A DNA stretch of 63,324 nucleotides, filler included, from Acidimicrobiia bacterium (GTDB lineage: Bacteria > Actinomycetota > Acidimicrobiia > Spongiisociales > CAZKJJ01): NCBI GenBank assembly GCA_046759765.1. It is 20 parts of 20 records of this genome, joined end to end, with 100 filler letters (N's around TTAATTAATTAA, not from the genome) between each part and the next. Parts side by side here need not be neighbours in the genome. Positions count along the whole stretch, not along the records: positions 1 to 3,299 come from JBHICV010000222.1; positions 3,400 to 6,695 come from JBHICV010000223.1; positions 6,796 to 10,084 come from JBHICV010000224.1; 17 more parts are not named here. The stretch is one strand, 5' to 3'. The translations under genes were made by a program, and so were the position numbers. The notes beneath the pieces are model-generated. The model searched no databases, was not told the DNA's origin, and was given only the letters and a program-made list of their open reading frames with translations. Below, piece by piece: positions 1 to 9,360 of the stretch (position 1 is its first letter; each line of letters begins with the position of its first letter).

Positions 1-2
1 AC

Positions 3-335
3 CACTACCAGCGCTGGTGGACGCACGAACTGGGTCTGCCATGGGAGCCCGAGAGCCGGCAGTTGTACGAAAGACTCTCGCCCTTCAACGAGGTCGAGAA
101 CGTCGTAACACCCACCCTCATTCTGGGTGGCGAGAAAGACTGGAACGTGCCCATCATCAACTCGGAGCAGCTCTTTCTGGCGCTCAAGATGCTGGGGGTA
201 CCCACCGAGCTCGTGGTCTACCCGGACGAGTCTCACGGCATCGACACCCCGTCGCACGCCAAGGACCTCTACGAGCGCTACCTGGCCTGGTTCGGTCGGT
301 ATCTCAAGGGAGAGACCACGGCCAGGGCCAACTGA
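3..335 (+). CDS. S9 family (prolyl oligopeptidase/acylaminoacyl) peptidase, C-terminal part
   Basis: TPTLILGGEKDWNVP (catalytic Asp) and VVYPDESHGI (catalytic His); cut by the window start. Confidence 0.9.
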   Translation, partial: HYQRWWTHELGLPWEPESRQLYERLSPFNEVENVVTPTLILGGEKDWNVPIINSEQLFLALKMLGVPTELVVYPDESHGIDTPSHAKDLYERYLAWFGRYLKGETTARAN

Positions 336-408
336 AGATTGCCGCGGCCGTTGCGGCGGGCTGAATCGGGCTACAGCGAGACGCGCAGATCCGGAGGTGG
401 ATCACGGC

Positions 409-1848
409 ATGAACCGACCCTTCGCGACATTTTCCGTTCTCATCAGCTTCGTCACCCTCACTTCGGCGCAGACAGCGGCAGCGAGTCAGGCCAAGAAGAA
501 GGCCGTCGCCAGCATCGATCGCCAGGCTTCCCAGATGACCCGGATGGCCGATCAGGTCTGGGCGTTCGCCGAGACGGCTCTGCGGGAGACCCGTTCCGCC
601 GCTCTCCTCGCCGACTACGCCGAAGCCCAGGGATTCGAGGTCGAGCGCGGGGTCGCGCAGATGCCCACCGCCTTCGTGGCGAGCTACGGCAGCGGCCCGC
701 CGGTCATCGGCATCATGGGCGAGTACGACGCGCTGCCGGGACTCTCGCAGAAGCCTCAGCCCCGCCAGGAGGCCTTCGAGGAAGGGGCCCCGGGACATGG
801 CTGCGGGCACAACCTGTTCGGCCCTGCGAGCCTGGCCGCAGCCGTCGCCGTCAAGGAGCTGATCGCCGCGGGTGATCTCCAGGGTACGGTGCGGTTCTAC
901 GGCACACCCGCCGAGGAGGATGTCGGAGGCAAGCTCTACATGATTCGAGCGGGCCTGTTCGACGATGTGGATGTGGCCCTGGCCTGGCATCCGGACGACG
1001 AGATCTCCGCCGACACCGAGGGCAGCCAGGCGCTGGTGGATTTCGTGGTGGAGTTCCGGGGAAGGACGGCCCACGCCGCCCTCGACCCCTGGAACGCTCG
1101 CAGCGCCCTCGACGGAGTCGAGATCTTCACCCACGCGATCAATCTGATGCGCGAGCACGTGCGACCCACCGTTCGGATGCATTACGTGGTGGCCGAGGGA
1201 GGCAACGTCCCCAACGTCGTTCCCGACTACGCCAAGCTCTGGTGCTGGGTCCGAGATAGCGAGCATACGGGTGTCGATGGCCTGCTGGAGCGGGTGCGAG
1301 CTGCCGCCGCGGGAGCGGCTCTTGCCTCCGGTACCGAGAGCACCTTCACGATCCAGACCGGGGACTACGAGATGCTGGTCAACATGGAGGGGGCCAAGCT
1401 CATCCATGACAACCTCACATGGTTGGGGCCGTTGGAGTTCAGCGAGAAGGAACAGGAGTTCGCGCGAGAGATCCAGCGCGTTACCGGGGTCGAGCCCGTG
1501 GGCCTGAAGGGTGAGATCGAGCCCCTGGATCTGGAGCCCGGACCACCCGAGGGCGGCTCCTCCGATGTGGCCGACGTCAGCTGGAAGGTCCCCACCCTCC
1601 ATCTGTCGGTGACCACCGCAGCGTACGAGGCACCCTGGCATGCGTGGCCGGTCGTAGCCGCTGGCGGAATGTCCATCGGACACAAGGGAATGGTCTACGC
1701 TGCGAAGGCGCTCGCAGCCACGATGGTGGACCTCTACGAGAATCCGGAGCAGCTGGCTGCCGTCGTGCAGGAGTTCGAGAAGAAGACCGACGGCTTCGAG
1801 GTCGAGCTCTACATCCCGGTTGGGCCGCCACCGGTTCCGACGGACTGA
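409..1848 (+). CDS. M20 family amidohydrolase (AbgB-like) with signal peptide
   Basis: GEYDALPGL, GHGCGHNL, GTPAEE, AWHP and APWHAW motifs; GGAGG RBS upstream of ATG 409. Confidence 0.9.
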   Translation: MNRPFATFSVLISFVTLTSAQTAAASQAKKKAVASIDRQASQMTRMADQVWAFAETALRETRSAALLADYAEAQGFEVERGVAQMPTAFVASYGSGPPVIGIMGEYDALPGLSQKPQPRQEAFEEGAPGHGCGHNLFGPASLAAAVAVKELIAAGDLQGTVRFYGTPAEEDVGGKLYMIRAGLFDDVDVALAWHPDDEISADTEGSQALVDFVVEFRGRTAHAALDPWNARSALDGVEIFTHAINLMREHVRPTVRMHYVVAEGGNVPNVVPDYAKLWCWVRDSEHTGVDGLLERVRAAAAGAALASGTESTFTIQTGDYEMLVNMEGAKLIHDNLTWLGPLEFSEKEQEFAREIQRVTGVEPVGLKGEIEPLDLEPGPPEGGSSDVADVSWKVPTLHLSVTTAAYEAPWHAWPVVAAGGMSIGHKGMVYAAKALAATMVDLYENPEQLAAVVQEFEKKTDGFEVELYIPVGPPPVPTD

Positions 1849-1866
1849 GGTGACGTGGTCTCGAGG

Positions 1867-3003
1867 ATGGCTCACTTCGCACTGCGTGCATGCAGGAGGC
1901 TCCCATCGCTCGTCCTTGGCTGCTCCGTGCTGCTGTGGGGCTGCGCGAAGGCTCCCACGAAGCCCTCGATCGGCGTCGATGCGCTGCTTTCCGAGGCTCG
2001 AACCGAGACGGCGCCCGGCGCGGCCCTGATCGTCATCCGCTTCCTGGTCGGCGTCTCTCAGGCGCCGATCTTCCCCGTCATGACCGGTGGAATGATCTCG
2101 AACTGGTTTCCGGTCTCGGCATGGGGGTTGCCCAACGGCCTGTCGAGTACGGGACTGACCCTGGGAGCCGCCGCCACCGGTCCCGTGATCGTCTGGTTGA
2201 TGGCGAGTGTCGGCTGGCGGGGATCCTTCGTCGCGACCGCCCCGGTGGCATTCCTGCTCGCCGGTGTCTGGTGGTGGTACACGAGGGATCATCCCGGGCA
2301 GCACCGGAGGGTCGCCCAGAGCGAGCTCGATCTGATCGAGGCTGGCCGGCCGTCTCCGGAGGCGGCAGCAAGAGAGAAGGGTATCTGGAAGGCGGCGCTC
2401 AAGAACCGGGAGATCCTCCTGCTCACGGCGAGCTACTTCTGCATGAACTATGTCTTCTATCTCTTCTTCAACTGGTTCTTCTACTATCTCGTCGAGGTTC
2501 GCGGTTTCGAAGCTCAGCAAGCGGCCTCGCTGACCGCAGCCCAGTGGATCATCGGTGCCGTGGGAGCGACGCTCGGCGGTCTGCTGTGCGATCGGACGAT
2601 GCGACGCTTCGGGCTGAGGCGAGGCGCGCGCGTCTTGCCGGTCGTCGGACTCGTGGTCTCGGCAGGGCTTCTCGCGGCCGGCGCCTGGGCGACGAATCCC
2701 GTCGTCGCCGTCGTCCTCCTGGCCGGTTGCTTCGGCTTCAACCAGATCACCGAGGCGAGCTTCTGGGCCACGACGATCGCCGTAGCCGGCAGGCACGCGT
2801 CCTCCGCCGCAGGCGTCTTGAACACGGGTGGCAATCTGGTGGGCTTCGTTGGCGCACTGCTGGTGCCGGTGACCGCGGACGCTCTGGGATGGTCGTGGGC
2901 TATCGCGAGCGGCGCCCTGGTGGCACTGGTCGGAGCCGCGCTGTGGCTCTGGATCCGGGGTGACCGACCAATGGCTGTCGCCGGGAGTCTCCCACCGGAG
3001 TAG
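1867..3003 (+). CDS. MFS transporter (anion:cation symporter-like) lacking its first TM helices, fused to a foreign lipoprotein N-terminus
   Basis: RFLVGVSQAPIFP..NWFP and AAGVLNTGGNLVG are MFS motifs; the first ~50 aa carry a lipobox (LWGC) and resemble a serine-hydrolase start. Confidence 0.75.
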   Translation: MAHFALRACRRLPSLVLGCSVLLWGCAKAPTKPSIGVDALLSEARTETAPGAALIVIRFLVGVSQAPIFPVMTGGMISNWFPVSAWGLPNGLSSTGLTLGAAATGPVIVWLMASVGWRGSFVATAPVAFLLAGVWWWYTRDHPGQHRRVAQSELDLIEAGRPSPEAAAREKGIWKAALKNREILLLTASYFCMNYVFYLFFNWFFYYLVEVRGFEAQQAASLTAAQWIIGAVGATLGGLLCDRTMRRFGLRRGARVLPVVGLVVSAGLLAAGAWATNPVVAVVLLAGCFGFNQITEASFWATTIAVAGRHASSAAGVLNTGGNLVGFVGALLVPVTADALGWSWAIASGALVALVGAALWLWIRGDRPMAVAGSLPPE

Positions 3004-3299
3004 GTTCGTCGAATAGCAGCTGGCCGAAGGCCTCGAACTCCTCGTCCACCAGCGCGCCGGTGTCGTCGTCGCTGTCCCACACCACCAGGTACTCGTCGGC
3101 AGTGCCGTCCTAGACCACGTCCGGGGGGAAGGCTTGGAAGCTGGAGTTTCCGTCGGGGCCCATGTCGCTGATGCGGAAGTCGTTGGCACCGATCTCGGAC
3201 GCGACGTCCTGAGCGGATGCGCCGAGAGGAGAGAAGAGGACAAGAGTTGCGAAGGTTCCGGCGCACGCGGCCCGCCGGCTCGCCGAGGCCCATGAAGAT
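3004..3299 (-). pseudogene. Remnant of a secreted repeat protein
   Basis: Signal-like ..ATLVLFSPLGASAQD then EIGANDFRISDMGPDGN..PDVV*DGTADEYLVVWDSDDDTGALVDEEFEAFGQ; in-frame TAG at 3110-3112. Confidence 0.6.
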
Positions 3300-3399
3300 N
3301 NNNNNNNNNNNNNNNNNNNNNNNNNNNNNNNNNNNNNNNNNNNTTAATTAATTAANNNNNNNNNNNNNNNNNNNNNNNNNNNNNNNNNNNNNNNNNNNN
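3300..3399. other. Artificial contig spacer (first of 19)
   Basis: N-run + TTAATTAATTAA (stops in all six frames) + N-run. It recurs at about 6696, 10085, 13436, 16738, 19969, 23173, 26363, 29552, 32729, 35894, 38989, 42082, 45154, 48222, 51257, 54283, 57301 and 60318. Confidence 0.99.
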
Positions 3400-4095
3400 C
3401 GGTCTGCGGACGGTCGCCGCGAGCAGATCATCGCCGCCAACGTGGATAAACTGGCCGCCGTATTCTCGGTCGCCGAGCCCGAGCCGGACTACGAGCTGCT
3501 CGACCGCTTTCTGTTGCTCGCGGAGTCGAACGAGATTCCGGTTTTCCTCGTCGTCAACAAGCTCGACCTGTCGTGCTTGGAATCGGCAAGTGAAGGTTTC
3601 GGAATTTACGAGGCCGCCGGTTATGAGGTGGTGTACACGAGCGCCGTCCAGGGTCTGGGCGTCGACAGCCTGTGCGAGCGACTAGCGGATCACATCACCT
3701 TGTTCGTCGGGCCGTCGGGCGTTGGGAAGTCTAGCCTGCTCAACGCGGCGCAGCCCGGCCTCGGGATCCGGGTCGGCGAGGTCAGCCGCGCGCTGCAGGC
3801 GGGGAGACACACGACCGTGGCGGCCTCGCTGCACCCACTCGACGTAGGCGGTTACGTCGTCGACACGCCGGGGCTCAGGCAGCTCCGGTTTTGGGAGGTT
3901 GAGCATCGCGATCTGGGCTGGTGCTTCCCGGAGTTTCGGGCGCACATGGGTGAGTGCCGATTTCCCGATTGTGCGCACGATAAGGAGCCGGATTGTGCGA
4001 TACGCCAGGCGGTGGACGCCGGGAGCATCGCGCCATCACGTTACAAGAGCTACCTGACGATTCGCCGGGAAAGCGAGGCTGCACAGAGCTACTGA
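3400..4095 (+). CDS. rsgA: Ribosome small subunit-dependent GTPase A (5' partial)
   Basis: Circularly permuted GTPase order NKLD, GPSGVGKSS, GRHTT, DTPG, plus Zn finger CRFPDCAH..EPDCA. Confidence 0.95.
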   Translation, partial: RSADGRREQIIAANVDKLAAVFSVAEPEPDYELLDRFLLLAESNEIPVFLVVNKLDLSCLESASEGFGIYEAAGYEVVYTSAVQGLGVDSLCERLADHITLFVGPSGVGKSSLLNAAQPGLGIRVGEVSRALQAGRHTTVAASLHPLDVGGYVVDTPGLRQLRFWEVEHRDLGWCFPEFRAHMGECRFPDCAHDKEPDCAIRQAVDAGSIAPSRYKSYLTIRRESEAAQSY

Positions 4096-4353
4096 ATGGT
4101 GTCCCGGACGTCGCGCAGGGCTTGCAGCACGGGTATCGAATCCAGCTTCTCCGGGTCGAGCTCCTCCCAGAGCACCTTCGGGAGGTTGAATGGTTAGTGA
4201 CGGGACGCCGGGTGGACCGTCTCGCTCCATGTCGCGCAACCCTCTGCAGGATGGGGTGGGGACTCTCGAGCGGACTGCGAAGCCGGGAAGGCCGCCGCCG
4301 CCCAGCACTGTACGCCTCGTCATCACCGCGGCGGAGCACTCTAGGAGCAGAAG

Positions 4354-4965
4354 GTGGCGACCGAGTCAACCCTCGAGAGGATAGCGCTGGAACTGAAGCG
4401 CCGCACCCCGCGCCGGGCCGGGCCTGGTTCGTTCGATGAGGAAGCGGCGGTCAGCCTGATACTGAGGCCGGCGGGTTTCGGGTTCCAGTTTCTCGCCATC
4501 AGACGTGCGGAGAGCGAGCGCGACCCCTGGTCCGGCCATATGGCGCTCCCCGGTGGTCGGCGTGACCCGGCAGACGCGAGCCTCTGGGCCACGGCGATTC
4601 GGGAGACGCGCGAGGAGGTGGGCCTCGACCTAGCGTCGGCCGGCCGGCTGCTCGGGGAGCTCAACGTCGTTCAGCCGACGAGTCGGCAGATTCCGTCCAT
4701 CGCGATCACGCCGTTCGTCGTGGCGGTATCGCGCGATTCGACGCCGATAGAGGGCCCCGAGGTAGAGCGCGCGATTTGGGTCCCGGTGGACGCGCTTTTC
4801 GAGCAGAGATACCAGAGCAATCTCAGGCTGGCCCAGGTGCCCGACAGGGAGTTCGCGGCTATCGATTATGAAGGGTATGTGATCTGGGGGCTGACGCTAT
4901 CGATTCTCGGTCAGCTAGTGGAAGTTCTCAGTCGGGTCGGCTATGCGGACCGGGACCAGGCGTGA
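4354..4965 (+). CDS. Nudix hydrolase, CoA pyrophosphatase type
   Basis: WSGHMALPGG..TAIRETREEVGL Nudix box and IWGLT. Confidence 0.9.
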   Translation: MATESTLERIALELKRRTPRRAGPGSFDEEAAVSLILRPAGFGFQFLAIRRAESERDPWSGHMALPGGRRDPADASLWATAIRETREEVGLDLASAGRLLGELNVVQPTSRQIPSIAITPFVVAVSRDSTPIEGPEVERAIWVPVDALFEQRYQSNLRLAQVPDREFAAIDYEGYVIWGLTLSILGQLVEVLSRVGYADRDQA

Positions 4966-4981
4966 GGACGCGCCACTTCAG

Positions 4982-6049
4982 TCAGCGCGTGCTCTCGACC
5001 CAGTCGGCGATGAAGATGTTGGTTTCCCCGGGCTCCGCCTGGTTTCGGTTGGAGGCCCAGACCAGCTTGCTTCCGTCGGCGTTGAACATGGGGAAAGCGT
5101 CGAAATCGGGGTGGAACGTGAGCCGTTCGAGGCCGGTACCGTCGATGCTGACCGCGTAGAGGTCGAAGTTTCTGCCCGCCGGATCGTGCATGTTGGACGC
5201 GAAGATCACGCGCTCGCCGTCGGGGAAGAAATAGGGAGCGAAGTTGGCGGCCTGGTTGTTCGTAAGCTGCCGGACATTGGAGCCGTCGGCATCCATCACG
5301 AAGATCTGAGTTCCAAAAGGCCGAACCAGGCCCTGGCCTAGCAACCGTCGGTAGTCGGATTTCTGTTCTGCCGTCTGCGGGTAAACGGCCCGGTAGACGA
5401 TACGGCGCCCGTCGTAGGAGAAGAACGCCCCGCCGTCGTAGCCCAACTGGCTGGTCAAGCGTCGAACGTTCGAGCCGTCGGCGTCCATCACGTAGATGTC
5501 CAGGTCGCCGTCGCGTACCGATGTGAAGACGATCTGGCTTCCGTCACGAGAGATCGTAGACTCGGCATCGTAGCCGGGTGTAGATGTAAGCTGGGTGAGG
5601 TTCGAGCCATCGCTGTCGGCGGTGAAAACGTCATAGGACGGGTAGACCGCCCAGACGTATCCCTGAGAGAAATCCGGCCGCGGTGGACAGATCGGGTCGA
5701 CGTGATGCGTGGAGGAGTAGAGGATTCGCTTGCCCACGGGGTAGAAGTACGAGCACGTCGTCCGGCCTTTCCCTGTGCTGACGCGCCTGAGCTCCTCACC
5801 GGAGACGGTCATGGTGAAGATCTGGTCGCACTCGTACTCGTCGCGAGTGGACTGGAAGATCAGATAGCGATCGTCGGCGGAGAAGTAAGCTTCCGCGTTC
5901 TGACCTCCGAAGGTGAGCTGCCTCAGATTTTGCAGGTGGACTTCGTTCAGTTCTCCGAGGTCTGGCGGTCTTTCGGCACCAGGTGTGCAGGCGAGGCCTC
6001 CGGCGATCGTTGAGCCGATTATCAGGGCGGTGTAGGTGAGGCGGCTCAC
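4982..6049 (-). CDS. TolB-like/PD40 beta-propeller lipoprotein
   Basis: Lipobox GLAC; repeated YVMDADGSNVRRLT/RQLT; GQNAEAYFS. Confidence 0.88.
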   Translation of the reverse strand: MSRLTYTALIIGSTIAGGLACTPGAERPPDLGELNEVHLQNLRQLTFGGQNAEAYFSADDRYLIFQSTRDEYECDQIFTMTVSGEELRRVSTGKGRTTCSYFYPVGKRILYSSTHHVDPICPPRPDFSQGYVWAVYPSYDVFTADSDGSNLTQLTSTPGYDAESTISRDGSQIVFTSVRDGDLDIYVMDADGSNVRRLTSQLGYDGGAFFSYDGRRIVYRAVYPQTAEQKSDYRRLLGQGLVRPFGTQIFVMDADGSNVRQLTNNQAANFAPYFFPDGERVIFASNMHDPAGRNFDLYAVSIDGTGLERLTFHPDFDAFPMFNADGSKLVWASNRNQAEPGETNIFIADWVESTR

Positions 6050-6333
6050 GGATCGGCGGGGCCTAGAGTCTCCTTGATGACCTTCTCGATCTCGGGAACG
6101 AGGTCTTCCCAGGATGCTGAGGGTGACTTCGTGACGGTGACGAAGTCCTCGGCGAGCAGCAGGGATTCGACCCCCTCGATGGTGAAGAGCACTGTGGCGA
6201 GCGGGTCGTCGACGGCTGATGCGGCATCGAAGTAGGGGTTGCTGCCTCCGCCCTCAACCAAGGTGCGGTCCACGGTGAACTTGGCGGCGTCGGGGTTTGG
6301 GGTTCCCTGAACGGTCACTGTCGGTTCCGGCAT
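6046..6333 (-). CDS. NifU/Nfu N-terminal domain protein
   Basis: TPNPDAAKF, LFTIEGVESLLLAEDFVTVTK..W. Confidence 0.85.
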   Translation of the reverse strand: MPEPTVTVQGTPNPDAAKFTVDRTLVEGGGSNPYFDAASAVDDPLATVLFTIEGVESLLLAEDFVTVTKSPSASWEDLVPEIEKVIKETLGPADP

Positions 6334-6403
6334 CACATCTCCTCCGGCGACCAGGACCGGCGATCGTTCCCCGGCCTGGCTTGAGAGGCGGGAACTTAAT
6401 CAG

Positions 6404-6695
6404 TCAGAGGCGAGCGAGACAATCCTCGAGAACACCCAGGGCGAAGTCCAATTGTTCCTTGGTGATGGTCAGCGGAGGGGTAAGAGATATGACGTTCCCC
6501 GCCCGGCCGCTGGCCAGCAGTATGACGCCCTGCTTGAGAGCAGCCACAGCGATCTGTCTGGCCGAGTCCGCGTCGGGCTCCATTGGGTGGTCAGGTCTGA
6601 CCAGCTCGACCCCCAAGAGGAGGCCGCGGCCGCGGATGTCACCGATCACGGGGAACCGATCCTTCATCTTGCCAAGCCGACGGAGCGTGTGCTCG
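6404..6695 (-). CDS. Class III aminotransferase, C-terminal part
   Basis: IGDIRGRGLLLGVEL and GNVISLTPPLTI; cut at the contig end. Confidence 0.88.
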
Positions 6696-6795
6696 NNNNN
6701 NNNNNNNNNNNNNNNNNNNNNNNNNNNNNNNNNNNNNNNTTAATTAATTAANNNNNNNNNNNNNNNNNNNNNNNNNNNNNNNNNNNNNNNNNNNN

Positions 6796-7785
6796 CTTCG
6801 CCACGACGCGCCTTGCCTGCTCCTCGTTGACCTCGATGACGCCCTTGAGCAGCGCAAAGTCGTAGCCGCTGGCATCAGCGATGGCGACCAGGGCACGGGT
6901 GTCCTTGGGGAGGCATGAGCCTCCGTAGCCCGGACCGGGATCGAGGAAGTGAAACCCGATGCGCCGGTCGTATCCCATTCCGAGGAGCACGTCCCTGATG
7001 TCTGCCCCAACCGCCTCACAGAGGTTGGCCATGGCGTTGGCAAACGTGATTCGGGTGGCTAGATAGGCGTTGGATCCGTACTTGATCATCTCGCTGGATA
7101 TCGGATCGGTCACCACCACCGGGGCGTCGAGGGCCTTGTACAGCTCAATCATCACCTCGACGGCCCCTTTGTCTTCGGTTCCCAAAACGATCCGATCAGG
7201 GTGTAGGAAATCCGCCACGGCGTGTCCCTCCCGGAGGAACTCGGGGTTGCTCAGGACCGTTGCCTTGGCGCCCAAGCCGTCGAGCTCCTCTTGGAACCTC
7301 CTTGTTGATCCCACAGGGACGGTCGACTTCATCACCACCAGCGCGCCCTCCGAAAGGTGCGGACCGATCTCGGAGATGACGCTCTCCATGGTCGTCAGGT
7401 CGGCTTCGCCGTTGGCACCTTGCGGGGTGGGGACAGCGATGAACACAACATCTGCCCCGTCCACTGCCTCAGCGTTGGACGCGTGGAAACTCAACGAACC
7501 GGCCTCGAGCCCGTCACGAACGAGGCGGTCGAGATCCGGCTCGAAAATCGGCACGTAGCCGCCCTGGAGCTGGCGCACTCTCTCGGCAGACGCCTCGCCG
7601 ACTCGAACGGAATGGCCCAGCGTCGCCAGCCCGGCGCCTGTCACCAAACCGACGTGTCCAGCTCCAATGACGGCCACATCGATACGCTCCCCAGTCTTAG
7701 ACCCTTGCTTGCGGTTACGCGATGCCGCGCCTGTGTCCTCAGCGACAGAGATGCCCTTTTGCTGAGTTGCTCGAATGCTCCCCAC
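6796..7785 (-). CDS. ugd: UDP-glucose 6-dehydrogenase (3' partial)
   Basis: GAGHVG Rossmann motif, KSTVPVG, SNPEFLREG and GYGGSCLPKD (catalytic Cys). Confidence 0.93.
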
Positions 7786-7858
7786 GTGCCTCGTCCCGCC
7801 AACGGCTATGCGCCACGAAATCGAAAATCGACTCTAGTCACTGAGAGGCGCCGTAGCT

Positions 7859-7970
7859 ACTCTGAGTTTTCGCGTTACTGACAGAGTTCTTGGACACCCT
7901 GAGTGGGCGGAATCGACCCCGGACCGCAGGAAACCCCGGGCGGTTCATCGCTACCATCAACACACAGAGT
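7859..7970. promoter_or_regulatory. Three BldD-box-like cores ACnCwGAGT
   Basis: ACTCTGAGT 7859-7867, ACCCTGAGT 7896-7904 and ACACAGAGT 7962-7970, lying between ugd and bldD; they match the core of the Streptomyces BldD consensus. Confidence 0.55.
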
Positions 7971-8035
7971 GCGTTCCTTTGAGTGGGAAGTGACGGCAGG
8001 GGGAATTGTGGCTGAGGCGAAAGGGCGGGCCGGGG

Positions 8036-8512
8036 ATGACCCCGAGCTATAACGAGCTGGTCGGATCCCGGCTCCGATCGATTCGCAAGCAGCGCGGGCT
8101 GTCGCTACAGGGCGTACAGCGTCTCTCCCAAGGGGAGTTCAAGGCAGCCGTCGTCGGGTCCTACGAGCGGGGGGAACGCACCCTCTCCCTGCCCCGCCTC
8201 CAGCGCCTCGCCGCCTTTCTCCAGGTCCCCATCACTCAGTTCCTCCCCCAAGACGACCCCGAGGAAACCACCATCACCTCCCTGCCCAGCGGTGGGGTGA
8301 CCATCGACCTCAACCAGCTCGAGAACCTCACCGGTCCGGAAGCCGACCTCTTCGACCGCTTTCTCCGGTCGATCCAGATGATGCGTCAGGACTTCAAAGG
8401 CCGGGTGCTCACCATCCGTCGTGACGACCTGCGCCTGCTGGCCCTGCTGCTCGAGCAGAGTGAGGAGATGTCCAGTCAGCGTCTGGATGACGGAAGACGT
8501 CAACCTTTGTGA
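8036..8512 (+). CDS. bldD: BldD-like XRE transcriptional regulator
   Basis: N-terminal GLSLQGV..FKAAVVGSYERGER and C-terminal RQD-x8-RRDD c-di-GMP motif. Confidence 0.88.
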   Translation: MTPSYNELVGSRLRSIRKQRGLSLQGVQRLSQGEFKAAVVGSYERGERTLSLPRLQRLAAFLQVPITQFLPQDDPEETTITSLPSGGVTIDLNQLENLTGPEADLFDRFLRSIQMMRQDFKGRVLTIRRDDLRLLALLLEQSEEMSSQRLDDGRRQPL

Positions 8513-8870
8513 GACAGGTTGATCAGGTGTTTGCTGTGTCGGGGGTGTCCTCCCTGGGCTGTTTGATCCACGCCGGGCCGGGGAGCGGCGGCGGGCCGGG
8601 TGGTCTACGCACGAACCGTTCGGGGTGGCCGGCGCAGGCGGCCCCGAGGATGGTTGCTCGTCGGACCTGGATCGCTTCGGCTGGGCCGTAGTGGACCTCG
8701 GCGGGGGCGCGGAACCCGATCCCCGAGTGGCTGCGCTGGTCGTTGTACCAGTCGAAGAACCGGATACAGAAAGCGTGGGCGTCTCCTAATGAGCTGAACC
8801 GTGCGGGAAACTCGAGCCAGTACTTGAGCGTCTTGAGCTGGGCTTCGCTGTAGGGTTGTCGTTGGAGACG
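8491..8870 (-). mobile_element. IS3-family-like transposase 3' remnant with element end
   Basis: VSND/NPYSEAQLKTLKY..FFDWYNDQRSHSGIG..HPERFVRRPP..AWI, frameshifted; terminal TGTCTCACAAAGGTTGACGTCTTCCG. Confidence 0.75.
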
Positions 8871-9283
8871 CCTTCGCCACCGCCGCGGAATGGGTCGACC
8901 GGCTCGCCACCGCCCACGCCGGAGACCGTCTCCACGACGAGCTCCGCCGGCTCGGCCGCTACCCCCTCCTGGTCATCGACGAAGTCGGATACATCCCCTT
9001 CGAAGCCGAAGCCGCCAACCTCTTCTTCCAGCTCATCTCGTCCCGCTACGAGCGAGCCTCGGTCATCGTCACCTCCAACAAGCCGTTCGGACGCTGGGGC
9101 GAAGTCTTCGGCGACCCGGTGGTAGCCGCCGCCATGATCGACCGGCTCGTCCACCACGCGAAGTCGTCTCCCTCAAAGGAGACAGCTACCGGCTCAAAGA
9201 CCGCGACCTCGGGAGCGTGCCAACCGACAACACGGAGTGACCAACCACCCGGCCGGGGGGTCAATTTTCAGGCGGTGTTGACA
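8870..9283 (+). mobile_element. istB: IS21-family remnant: 3' half of istB plus right end
   Basis: LLVIDEVGYIPF..ANLFFQLISSRYERASVIVTSNKPFGRWGEVFGD..AMIDRLVHHA/EVVSLKGDSYRLK, frameshifted; ends GGGGTCAATTTTCAGGCGGTGTTGACA. Confidence 0.88.
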
Positions 9284-9360
9284 CTTCGGCTGCCGAGGGG
9301 GACGTTCACGCCGTACAGCCCAGGCACGAAGACGTACTTCATCTTCTTCACCAAGGGCCG
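9284..9360 (+). pseudogene. Short fragment of a type I R-M methyltransferase (HsdM)
   Basis: LRLPRGTFTPYSPGTKTYFIFFTKG resembles the HsdM LRLPxGxF..xK.N..FFTKG segment. Confidence 0.6.

Noticed and set aside
304..3243. 979-aa minus-strand ORF and many similar long shadow ORFs
   Set aside because: Antisense to well-supported genes in GC-rich DNA, with no protein motifs.
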